A stretch of 64,000 nt of DNA from the NCBI GenBank assembly GCA_000002435.2, contig CM018793.1, one strand, 5' to 3'. A program made the position numbers and the translations under genes. This DNA is from Giardia intestinalis. Taxonomy: Eukaryota. Below, piece after piece: positions 39,854 to 49,169 of the stretch. The notes under the pieces were generated by a model that had not been told where the DNA came from, did no database searches, and was given only the letters and a program-made list of their open reading frames with translations. Numbering within the stretch: the first letter of the stretch is position 1; the number at the start of each line of letters is the position of its first letter.

Positions 39854-40909
39854 ATGAACTGTGAGGGCTGTGGTACTGGGACACCGATGATTAGGCACTC
39901 CATGACCCTTAAGCGCCTCTGCAGGAAGTGCTTTCTCCGTGCAATCGAAGATGAAGTTCAGCGAACGGTGGAGATGCACAGCCTGGTCCGTCCGGGCGAG
40001 AGCATCGCTCTTGGAGTGAGCGGAGGAAAAGACTCGAGTGTTATGCTTCATATTCTACACACCCTGCGGCTTCGTTGTCAGGATGTCTACGATGGTGTTC
40101 GCTTTGTTATGGTTGCAGTCAACGAAGGAATCCAAGGCTATCGCGGCGAGTCGCTAGCGTGTCTTCAGCGCCTCCATAAAAAGTATCCGTATGAGCTGGA
40201 GATAGTGGGCTTTGAAGAGCGATACGGACGTACGCTAGACCAACTTGTCAACACTGTGAACGGAAATTCATGCACTGATACATTTGCCCCACTTAAGGCC
40301 GATCTGGAGGACGTTAACGACACGGGCCGGCCACAGCCAACGGCGAAGACAGCAACTGCCTGCTCGTTCTGTGGTATCCTCCGACGAAATTCTCTTTCTT
40401 ACGGGAGTCTCCAGACACAATGTACAAAGGTGGCTACCGGGCACAATGCTGACGACAATGCCGAGACCGTTCTACTGAACTTAATCAGAGGTGACGCTGC
40501 AAAGCTAGTAAGGTGCAGCGAGCCATTATCTGACTTGAATCAAGGGGTGGCACGCATAAAGCCCCTCTGCAATATAGCACAGCGAGACATTGTCATATAC
40601 GCCCACCTACAACGCCTGGACTACTTTAGTGTGGAGTGTCCTTATGCAACAACGGCACTACGCGGTAAGCCAAGAAGCTTCCTAACCAACCTTTGTACCA
40701 GACCAGCGTACAGCGACGCGGCTCTTCGTATAATTCGGTCAACTCGGAAGCTGCGCCTTAAGACCACACATGAGACCCAGAAGCTCACTAGTCTTCATCT
40801 GTGCCCCTCGTGTCAGAGTCCTGTCTCCACAACTCGCTGCCAGTGCTGTGACATACGCACGGCAAAGACTGGGGACGACCTTAAGCGAGCCGCCAAGTGC
40901 AGGCCATAA
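39854..40909 (+). CDS. CTU1: cytoplasmic tRNA 2-thiolation protein 1 (CTU1/NCS6, PP-loop ATPase)
   Basis: N-terminal CxxC zinc finger (MNCEGCG...CRKC), PP-loop SGGKDS, GHNADD and C-terminal CxxC pairs. Supplied start 39818 is TTG, directly abutting the upstream stop; first ATG is at 39854. Confidence 0.8.
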   Translation: MNCEGCGTGTPMIRHSMTLKRLCRKCFLRAIEDEVQRTVEMHSLVRPGESIALGVSGGKDSSVMLHILHTLRLRCQDVYDGVRFVMVAVNEGIQGYRGESLACLQRLHKKYPYELEIVGFEERYGRTLDQLVNTVNGNSCTDTFAPLKADLEDVNDTGRPQPTAKTATACSFCGILRRNSLSYGSLQTQCTKVATGHNADDNAETVLLNLIRGDAAKLVRCSEPLSDLNQGVARIKPLCNIAQRDIVIYAHLQRLDYFSVECPYATTALRGKPRSFLTNLCTRPAYSDAALRIIRSTRKLRLKTTHETQKLTSLHLCPSCQSPVSTTRCQCCDIRTAKTGDDLKRAAKCRP

Positions 40910-41061
40910 TCTAATCAGGGCGTCTAATTTACATTCGATTCACAATTGTTAACAGCTTACTCAAATGTTTACTATGGTTAGTATGATTAATATACTTAGT
41001 CTACGATCTTATGAATCAAGTAAACGCCGTCTTGTAAAACGTACACCTGCAATAAAATAAA

Positions 41062-42645
41062 ATGATCAATTTAAAGGACAAAGCAGAGCAACTGATAAAC
41101 GACTGGCTGGACCTGGACTTCTGGCCGGCCACTAGGGCCAAAGCACTGGAGATGCTCGCTAATGAGTCGTATGCCCAAATACAAAAAGACTTCGATCCAC
41201 GAAACAGGCTTGAGATACAATCTCATGGCCTTCAGGGGGATTATGGGCCCGGCTTCAATAAGCTTAACGAGCTTGTGATTGCTCAGACGGCGCAGTCAAT
41301 CTATTACTATTGTCTAAGAGTTATTGGAGAAACAGAACTCAAAATACACGGTATTGGAATAGGTTATGATTGGTCTCCACATGCCAAGGACTTTGCCAAG
41401 GTAAGCGCTGCGGTGTTCTTACTGTACGGGGTGCGGGTCTATATGGTCAGCGAGCCGGTATCCGCGTCATATGCTGAACACCTGAACAAGCATTACATGT
41501 GTGGGTGCGGATTTATGGCCACGGAAACACACATCTCGCGCACAGAGTGCCGGTATATTATCTACGGAATTGGCTATGGCTCTGCTCTTTCTGCGCCGCA
41601 CAGCACAAATGTGAGCGAAATGATTTCAGCAAGCAATAGCCACATTTTTGTCCCTCATCCGGGGCTCAAGTCACTTGACAAAGTTCTGGAAAAGGGGATC
41701 GAAACACGCCTTCTTGTAATGGTTGACCAGGAGCATGAGGTGTCAAAGGTCTATCATAAAAAGCTCAGGCTTCTGAAATATTTCGATCGAGAATATCGCG
41801 AAAAGACTAAGCGGAGCTTCCGGATAGGGTGTTTCCTAATAGGATTGTACGATATCTGCAAGGTGACCAATATTCTTCAGAATCTATTTCAGTTTTCGAC
41901 GGATGCAATACAGTCTCGTTTCGTCTTTCTTGAGAGTGTTCAATCTAATGCTGTGCCCCCAGAACAGTGCATTGCTACCGCTTGCAAACAAGCTAATATA
42001 ATCAATTCCCGTGCAGAAGCCGACCGGGTACCTCCAATTAAGATTATCATATCTATAGATATTAACGCAGAGGCGATTTGTTTAGCAGAACTGATTGATT
42101 CCCCTTCATCCTCTGCACATTGCCAACCACAGTGGCACATCTATCGCAAGGAAGATATCAACACCTTTGCCATGAATTGGTGTGTAGAAAACCTCAATGG
42201 AAATCCCACGGTTCTGGCACGTCTGAAGAAGCACAGACTTACCTATGGATGCAGCACATATCCACCTAGTCACTCTATACAGACTGACAGTCCGAAACTC
42301 ATAGCAGCTCAATGCAGTGGTGCAGCTTGCAAGAGTGACTCTAGCAATAGCAGACACCCATGGGGCCTTTCCAGAGAAGAAGAGGAGGAGACTGAATGCG
42401 GCGCGGTGTGTGGGCGGTACCAAGGATTCCAGAACACAGCTGAGGAAATTATCACAGCAAGAGACGGAGCAATAACATTCGGCGTTCTCGCAGAGCTACT
42501 AATAGATCTGTATGAATTTTCTGGAACTGGAATTAACATTAGGAGGCCAGCTAACGAGCAACGCAGCTCCAATACGTTTGGTGGATATCTTAGCAGCTTT
42601 ACCCAGGGTATCACGCCACAAGCATGCCAAGTTGAAAGCGTTTAG
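41062..42645 (+). CDS. divergent phosphoglucomutase/phosphopentomutase (PGM2)-family homolog with substituted catalytic loop (candidate pseudoenzyme)
   Basis: N-terminal collinearity with the PGM2 family: VIGYDWS...FAKVSAAVFLLYGVRVYMVSEPVSASYAEH. The catalytic GxMxTASHNP loop reads GFMATETHIS. No DGDGDR metal loop was seen. Confidence 0.45.
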   Translation: MINLKDKAEQLINDWLDLDFWPATRAKALEMLANESYAQIQKDFDPRNRLEIQSHGLQGDYGPGFNKLNELVIAQTAQSIYYYCLRVIGETELKIHGIGIGYDWSPHAKDFAKVSAAVFLLYGVRVYMVSEPVSASYAEHLNKHYMCGCGFMATETHISRTECRYIIYGIGYGSALSAPHSTNVSEMISASNSHIFVPHPGLKSLDKVLEKGIETRLLVMVDQEHEVSKVYHKKLRLLKYFDREYREKTKRSFRIGCFLIGLYDICKVTNILQNLFQFSTDAIQSRFVFLESVQSNAVPPEQCIATACKQANIINSRAEADRVPPIKIIISIDINAEAICLAELIDSPSSSAHCQPQWHIYRKEDINTFAMNWCVENLNGNPTVLARLKKHRLTYGCSTYPPSHSIQTDSPKLIAAQCSGAACKSDSSNSRHPWGLSREEEEETECGAVCGRYQGFQNTAEEIITARDGAITFGVLAELLIDLYEFSGTGINIRRPANEQRSSNTFGGYLSSFTQGITPQACQVESV

Positions 42646-42900
42646 ATAAGGACCTAAATCTCCAATGATTCCTTTTGAAAAGGAAAACAACCCCTGTCAG
42701 TTAAGTTTGGCAGACTAATATGCTGTAATGAGAGGAAGTATGCTACTTACTGTGGTCCAGCATGACTCTCACAGGGTGATGCAGGGACAATTCTTTTGTG
42801 GCGTTCAGCCCGTTCTTGAAAACAGCTTACAGCCAATTTTCTTTAACAAGCAAAGTTTAGAATAATTTATTGAATAAAAGATATGTTGCAGAGTGCTTAC

Positions 42901-44922
42901 CTAATCATGAGGAACTTTAGAGAGTCGCTGTTGGCGGAGAAACTGGAGTTGGGCACGCTTGGCTTCACGGCTACTTTGGTGACCGTTGCTACAAGGTCCG
43001 ATTGCAGATGCCAGGAGAAGCTCTCGCTTGTGTCTCTCGAGAAGTGCTGAAGACTCGTCGTGATACATGGACATGGCAGCCTTGATGTCCTGCTCTGTAT
43101 CCGTAAAGATCTCTATTCCCAATTGCATCTCGGCAGTGAATTCGTTGGCTATGGTCAAGATCGCGTCCTTATCTTGAAGAAGTTGCTGCCTGAGAACAGT
43201 GAACTTCAATGCATGCTTCTTCTTAAACTCCACCAGCTCTGTCGCATGGCGAGCCTTGATTGCGGTTAGGTCCTTTCGAGGGGTCGCTGTTCTGTCCTGT
43301 GTGCACAAACTTGGAGGAAGAGCCGTTGCCAGCTCAGGAGGAAGAATGTCATGTACATGGAGCTTACTGTGTGTAGTCCCTGTATTGATAGTAAACGAAT
43401 GGTTGTCTTTCTCAAGCGGGTAGACATGGTCATTCTTGAGAGTTTTGACATCCGGATCTATGCTACTTATGCTTATGTCATTAAGGTTCGTGATCGTTTT
43501 CTTCTGCGTCAGATCTTCACTGTCGAGGGAGTTTGCATGAATCTGTGGGGTTTTAGAATGATGAAATCGTTCAGGAAGTTCCATGCGTGGAGTTCTTGGC
43601 GTCAGACAAGTAACTTTTGGGTTTTTGGGGCTTCGATCGACAAACAGCAAAAAGATCGAGGATCTTCTGTCAGTCTGTCGCGCACCGCGCTGCACATTAT
43701 CTTCATCTAAAAGTGCTAACTGAGACATCTGGCTCATGGCTTCCACAGAGCAAAAGCTAAGTCCGCCAGCAACCTCGTCTACGGATTGCTCAGTTGCAGT
43801 ACAAGAGCTGGCAGATGCAGCGCTTGCAGCGAGAAGACGTGTGCTAGAAATGAGGCATCCAACCTCGTCTCTGAATGCATAAACATCGTCCTGATTAGGA
43901 ATCGAAAACCGCAGTGTCACATTTTGGTCCAGATTACTTTGCTGGGCTTCACGAAGCTTAACATGAAAGGGGGAATTGATGGAGAGAGAGGACATGCTAA
44001 TTCCAATTATAAGTAGACACTTGCGGTAGCTGAGTTGCATCTTACTGAGAATATCATAAGGAAGACGTATTAGCCCTATGTTCGGAAGCATAGTACAGAG
44101 AGACATACGCCCACAAAATATTATGCCTTCGCCTAACGAAATTGACAGGTTCGTATTATCATAGCTTATTGTGCCACCAGAATAGAGAAGATAGCGCACC
44201 TTAAAGACATCCCCAGAGCCTATAGTCCCAAACTCATCATTCATAGCACAGATGAGAGTGTTTATGGTGCGTAGAAAGTTCATTTTTGTCAAGGAATTGA
44301 AGTGCATCTGTATAGCCGGCGAGAAGGCGATAGCACTAACGTCAGGTATGCGATTCCTTATTCGAAGAAGAATCTCAACCAAAAGAATTTGAGTAGAATA
44401 GTCTGCACATGCTCGTAGCTCTTGCCGAATCATGTCTGCCAACTCTCGTAGCACTTCCGTAGAGAACTGGACACCATGCTTTAATATCTGGGCGATGAGA
44501 AAAGCGTATCCTGCTTTAATGTAGTCCTTAGACGCCTGTGCCACAAATGACCCTAGCGCAGGAAGAAGTTGGGAGACTACCTTTTTAAGCTGTGGTGAAC
44601 AAGATACCATTGCTTCCATGACCTTAAAGATGGGAGGCACGCTATAGACAGCATTGGCCTCGCTTAGATTTAATGCAGAGCTGCAAAAGGAAATGAACTG
44701 ATCATTCTCAACGAACTCTCCTGCAAATGCTGGATTCAGCCCGAGAGTGGTTAGATACTCGGTCACCCCAGGATATGTTTCAGGGTCTGAAAGCATCTTC
44801 CTGGCTCTGCCATATGCCATCAGGCTTTTGGATGCCGAAAGAACATGTGGGGTGTCAACAAGAATCTTTTCAACCTCATTAAAATTACCAGCTTCAAGCT
44901 CCTTGATAAAGCGCAATGACAT
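42901..44922 (-). CDS. hypothetical 673-aa protein, C-terminal coiled-coil
   Basis: Intact long ORF, no recognised domain. Confidence 0.55.
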   Translation of the reverse strand: MSLRFIKELEAGNFNEVEKILVDTPHVLSASKSLMAYGRARKMLSDPETYPGVTEYLTTLGLNPAFAGEFVENDQFISFCSSALNLSEANAVYSVPPIFKVMEAMVSCSPQLKKVVSQLLPALGSFVAQASKDYIKAGYAFLIAQILKHGVQFSTEVLRELADMIRQELRACADYSTQILLVEILLRIRNRIPDVSAIAFSPAIQMHFNSLTKMNFLRTINTLICAMNDEFGTIGSGDVFKVRYLLYSGGTISYDNTNLSISLGEGIIFCGRMSLCTMLPNIGLIRLPYDILSKMQLSYRKCLLIIGISMSSLSINSPFHVKLREAQQSNLDQNVTLRFSIPNQDDVYAFRDEVGCLISSTRLLAASAASASSCTATEQSVDEVAGGLSFCSVEAMSQMSQLALLDEDNVQRGARQTDRRSSIFLLFVDRSPKNPKVTCLTPRTPRMELPERFHHSKTPQIHANSLDSEDLTQKKTITNLNDISISSIDPDVKTLKNDHVYPLEKDNHSFTINTGTTHSKLHVHDILPPELATALPPSLCTQDRTATPRKDLTAIKARHATELVEFKKKHALKFTVLRQQLLQDKDAILTIANEFTAEMQLGIEIFTDTEQDIKAAMSMYHDESSALLERHKRELLLASAIGPCSNGHQSSREAKRAQLQFLRQQRLSKVPHD

Positions 44923-45000
44923 TCCCTGCGGATATTTTATTATTAATGGAGCAGGGATTGACGCCGGGAGTCACCACAGGGAATCCAGAATTTAAAGTTC

Positions 45001-46533
45001 TCAAGGCGGTTCAGATGGAAAGTAGTCGGCAAGAAGCTGGTTTGCCATCTCTGAGAGCTCGATGTTTGGAGAACATGTCAAATCATGTATGATAGTTAAT
45101 GTATCTAGGCCTATGAAATGCTCAGTTATCAATCCATCGCTTTCTTCAATGAGACAGCGGATTAGGTGAAGGCCGGCTAAAAGTGTTCTATCCTGAGATG
45201 TGCGCAACGACATCCGCAACCCGTGGTCGAGAGCACGTATTTCGTCAACATCGTAATCTAGTGACACCAGCGGTGACTGTGAGAGTCTTCCCCATATAAG
45301 AATAGAACTGTGGACAATCTTTGTAGAGCTAGTGCACAACCCTTGCATGATCACTTTTCGCAAATTATGCCCCATAAGGACTGATAACATAAGATCTACC
45401 AATGACAAAGATTGAAGAATATTGTAGATTATCTCGCGAACCTTTAGGTTAGAAACAAGCACACTATTGAACAAAAACGGCACGAACCGTGAGTTAGCAT
45501 GATGAATGGCCAAGGCCGTCTGCTCATCGTATGTAAGGTTACGAAGGAAGTATAACCCCGGTCTACAGCTTGCTAAGGGAAGCTTGTACAAATAATTAAT
45601 GACATGATTAGCAACTCCTTGCTCAAGAAGGTGTGTGCGGATAGATGCAACGGTTGGTAGATTGTACGAGGATGTGATAAAGTGATAGATCCAGCAGCAA
45701 TCATCAAAAATAACGGACACAGTTGTCGAGTACATCACGTCAATAACGGCAGGGATGATTGGAAGAAGGAGCTGGTGGCACTCGTCCGTTTCAATATGCT
45801 GTGCTAAGTTACCCACAGCATAAATCACGTGGTGTTTAATCCGCATGGGGAAGGCGGGCTTGATCAAAATTCCGTGAAATGTAGCAATAAAGCCGGTTTC
45901 TATGGCAGTGAAAAACAACGCTTCGTCCTTAACATCAAAAAGGAACTGCAAACAGAGAAGAATTGCACCCAGCAAATCTTCATCTAATACTTCATCAGAA
46001 GCCACTTGATCCAGGAGTAGCTTCAGCACAGGGAGAATATTGCAATTAAAAAGAGTAGAAAGAGAGCTGCCATTAGCTGCCAAACAGTTGATACATTGGA
46101 GGCAGTGGAGTCTTATGGTTCGATCTGGAGAAGCTAGTTGGCGGATAACCCCATTGATTAGTGTGGGAAAGTGTAGAAGAAGAGACACGGCTGTTTCATT
46201 GCCGAGCTCTATAACAAGTTCAGCAAGAGAGTTGACAAGAGGCTCGTAGACATCAGTGCCGTGGCGAGAAGGATCGAAGACAGGAGAGGCCATTATTGGA
46301 TTGCACATAGACAATAGGGTAGCTTCATCGAGTTGCGTTAACTGAGTATTGGAAGAAGTAGACGCTCCCTTGGGATGCTTAGAAAAACCATCGCCAGTAG
46401 AGTCAGGGAGGCCTGAAAAAGGCTGTGCTTGAGTTTCCTTCCGCAGATCTCTACGGTGAAAAAGGTCTCGAGAATCTGCAAGGTATATCCGCCGCATAAA
46501 ACCAGTTCTACTTCCGTTTTTTAGTGTAATCAA
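45001..46533 (-). CDS. armadillo/HEAT-type helical repeat protein (weak importin-alpha-like ARM signatures)
   Basis: Repeated about 40-aa helical units with ARM-like cores (AVGNLAQ, CLQCINCLAANG). Low sequence identity. Confidence 0.45.
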   Translation of the reverse strand: MITLKNGSRTGFMRRIYLADSRDLFHRRDLRKETQAQPFSGLPDSTGDGFSKHPKGASTSSNTQLTQLDEATLLSMCNPIMASPVFDPSRHGTDVYEPLVNSLAELVIELGNETAVSLLLHFPTLINGVIRQLASPDRTIRLHCLQCINCLAANGSSLSTLFNCNILPVLKLLLDQVASDEVLDEDLLGAILLCLQFLFDVKDEALFFTAIETGFIATFHGILIKPAFPMRIKHHVIYAVGNLAQHIETDECHQLLLPIIPAVIDVMYSTTVSVIFDDCCWIYHFITSSYNLPTVASIRTHLLEQGVANHVINYLYKLPLASCRPGLYFLRNLTYDEQTALAIHHANSRFVPFLFNSVLVSNLKVREIIYNILQSLSLVDLMLSVLMGHNLRKVIMQGLCTSSTKIVHSSILIWGRLSQSPLVSLDYDVDEIRALDHGLRMSLRTSQDRTLLAGLHLIRCLIEESDGLITEHFIGLDTLTIIHDLTCSPNIELSEMANQLLADYFPSEPP

Positions 46534-46813
46534 TTTTGCTATTATAACAATCCAAACAATGATAGCTATCTCCTGAAAGCAAGGAGCAAAGCATGCACAC
46601 TCTTCGAGAACAAACAGCGCAAATTTCTGAACAACTAGTGCAATGAATCATACTGCAAGACGGGCAAGCCTTTTTAGATTGAGCAGATTCACCACAGACT
46701 CGGCAGCGCCAAACAAATAGCGCCTCGTCAGTACGCATTAGTGAGTCGTCAAATTCACTGGAGTTACGGCACATTTCTGCGATAAGACCGTCTGCTCCAG
46801 ACCTGCGCCTCAT
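46508..46813 (-). CDS. small Cys-rich zinc-finger-like ORF (about 8 CxxC pairs), overlapping the ARM-repeat gene start by 26 nt
   Basis: CRVCGESAQSKKACPSCSMIHCTSCSEICAVCSRRVCMLC...HCLDCY. Could be a separate gene or an N-terminal module separated by a frameshift. Confidence 0.35.
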   Translation of the reverse strand: MRRRSGADGLIAEMCRNSSEFDDSLMRTDEALFVWRCRVCGESAQSKKACPSCSMIHCTSCSEICAVCSRRVCMLCSLLSGDSYHCLDCYNSKIDYTKKRK

Positions 46814-46874
46814 TTCAATCTCACTATTTCGTTTTTTGAAGAGGCAAAAACTACAGTGAAATTTTGAAGCTTCG

Positions 46875-48794
46875 ATGACTTCTCCATTAACAACTGAGGA
46901 GCTCCAGGCATCCCAGCTACAGGGCAGTCAGAGTGTGTCCAACCGTATCCGTGTTATAGCAAGAGTTCGACCCTTTCTCCCTGGAGAAGTAGTACCAAAC
47001 CCGGCATGCATCACGGCATCAAACAACGTAATTACGGCCCGTGATCCCACCAACTCAATGGTAGTCACATCTCATCCATTTGATATTGCGCTGGGGCCGT
47101 CTTCCACCCAAGATAACGCTTATGAAACCATATCTAATGACATCTATCGCGTGATGTGTGGCGTTCCTATGCTTCTTTTGGCATATGGAGTCACATCTGC
47201 AGGAAAGACATACACTCTTTTTGGAGAAGGAAAGGACACGGGCCTCTATGGGCGGGCAGTCAACGATTTGTATCGGCTCATTGACATCTCAGCCATTGCT
47301 AAGTCTGCACTGGTGAGCATTTCAGTGGTACAAATATATATGAATAACGTCATGGATCTGCTGAATAAAGGAGAGCCTCTCAAACTCCACGGCGCAGGGA
47401 CGGATCCTCTTCCCGGAAGAAAATGGATAGATGTCGATTCTGCAGCCAGCTGCTTGTCTCTGACTCGACGTGCCTTACAAAACAGGGAGATGTCATCTAC
47501 AGCACTGAACACAATGTCTTCGAGATCACACTGTATCGTTTTCCTTCGAATTTTAGATACTGCCACGGGCCAGGCATCAGGGCTGACAGTCGTCGACTTA
47601 GCTGGTAGTGAACCACACATGCCCGGGGCATCTAAACAGGTTCAGCAGGAATCCAGCTTCATCCGTACGTCGTTGCTAATGCTCGATCGGGCTATGAAGG
47701 ACCTGAAGAGCCTCAACTGCACACGGACGACCTCTGTGAGTTTCCGCTCTTCTCCTCTCACTATGGCTCTGCGTCCATATCTGCAGCCTGCAAGCGATTT
47801 CTCCCTTCCGTGCAACGCAGTTATCTTTCTCAATCTTCACGGAAAGGTAGATGGGTTTTTCAGTAACAAAGAGACACTCCAACTCGGTCTCGTCGCCAAG
47901 TCGGTTAAGAATTATTCTAAAACAGCTTCTCGCCTCGGCGTGCTTAGCACAACGGCGGCGTCCATGGCTGGGTCCATGGGCAAGTCCCTTTCGCGTTCTT
48001 CTCGCGCTCGCCCCACCGATATTGCTATAGAGGATGGGGGCAGTCTTCCTAGTCCAGAAATTACTGGCACTATTTATGCTACAGCAGATACAAACATTAC
48101 GCTATCTCAATGCAGTAGTGCACAGGACATTACTCGCTTCCCTAATTGTCCTACTTCTCTTGTGATTCAAGGAGACAGCATACTTATACCAATCACGTAC
48201 TGGAACAGCATTCTAACAGAGTTTGAAAACCTGGCGACTGCATTGGCCAATGCAAGCGGGGATATTCAGGAGGAGCTTCAAAATGCCCGCCAAGAGGCAG
48301 TCGCCGAAATGGCACAGCTCATGGAACTCAACATTGCGAAGGAACGTGAAACTCTGTTAACCGATATCGTTGAAAGGGACGCAACTATTAACAGCCTTCA
48401 GCAAGAACTTGTCATAGTGATGGCAAACAATGATACACTATCAAAGCAGCTATATGTCACTAAGACAAAGCTTAACAGTTTTCAGGCGACAGTTGATTCA
48501 CAGCAGAGCAGTCAACGCGGCACATCGAAATTTGGCGATCCTGTATTCAGCACATCTATCGATAATAATCTATTAGATCAACTAAGATCGTACAGGGAGG
48601 AGAACTATCAACTTAAGCAGCGCCTATCAGAACTAGAGAGCCAGTACAGACGCTCCGTCTCTCAGTTGGACTACATCAAAGCAGAGCTGCAGCGTGCATC
48701 CACCGATAGCACGAGGCTGTCCATACCCTCTAACTTAATGGGGCTTCCAGACACAATGACCAGTACTCCTCGAGATCTCTCTAAGAGCGAGTAA
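46875..48794 (+). CDS. kinesin-like protein (N-terminal motor, C-terminal coiled-coil)
   Basis: P-loop GVTSAGKTYT, switch I SSRSH, switch II DLAGSE. Confidence 0.9.
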   Translation: MTSPLTTEELQASQLQGSQSVSNRIRVIARVRPFLPGEVVPNPACITASNNVITARDPTNSMVVTSHPFDIALGPSSTQDNAYETISNDIYRVMCGVPMLLLAYGVTSAGKTYTLFGEGKDTGLYGRAVNDLYRLIDISAIAKSALVSISVVQIYMNNVMDLLNKGEPLKLHGAGTDPLPGRKWIDVDSAASCLSLTRRALQNREMSSTALNTMSSRSHCIVFLRILDTATGQASGLTVVDLAGSEPHMPGASKQVQQESSFIRTSLLMLDRAMKDLKSLNCTRTTSVSFRSSPLTMALRPYLQPASDFSLPCNAVIFLNLHGKVDGFFSNKETLQLGLVAKSVKNYSKTASRLGVLSTTAASMAGSMGKSLSRSSRARPTDIAIEDGGSLPSPEITGTIYATADTNITLSQCSSAQDITRFPNCPTSLVIQGDSILIPITYWNSILTEFENLATALANASGDIQEELQNARQEAVAEMAQLMELNIAKERETLLTDIVERDATINSLQQELVIVMANNDTLSKQLYVTKTKLNSFQATVDSQQSSQRGTSKFGDPVFSTSIDNNLLDQLRSYREENYQLKQRLSELESQYRRSVSQLDYIKAELQRASTDSTRLSIPSNLMGLPDTMTSTPRDLSKSE

Positions 48795-49169
48795 TCAAAT
48801 TTATGCAGGGCAATCTCTATTACAAAGGTATCTTTAGAGAGTACTACTTTTGTAAGAAGCATATAGAACACCTTTTATTTACTTATATTTACTTATTACG
48901 CACTAAGGATAGAATCTTGGCAATCCAGTCTTACCTTTTGCCCAAAGATAAAAGCATTTGTTAGGATAACTTTAACAATCAAGATATTATATAAAATGTT
49001 ATCATAGACCTATCAAGCGCATTATAGCTCTATTCTTCTTTGAATCTCATCTCTTGAAAAATAATTGGTTGTGAAGTTCCCTATAAAACTAACAGCAGAT
49101 ATTTTCTGCTTGTGTTGTATCCCCCAAAGGGTATGCTTGAACGCATGTAAATCTGAAACTCGTAGACAG

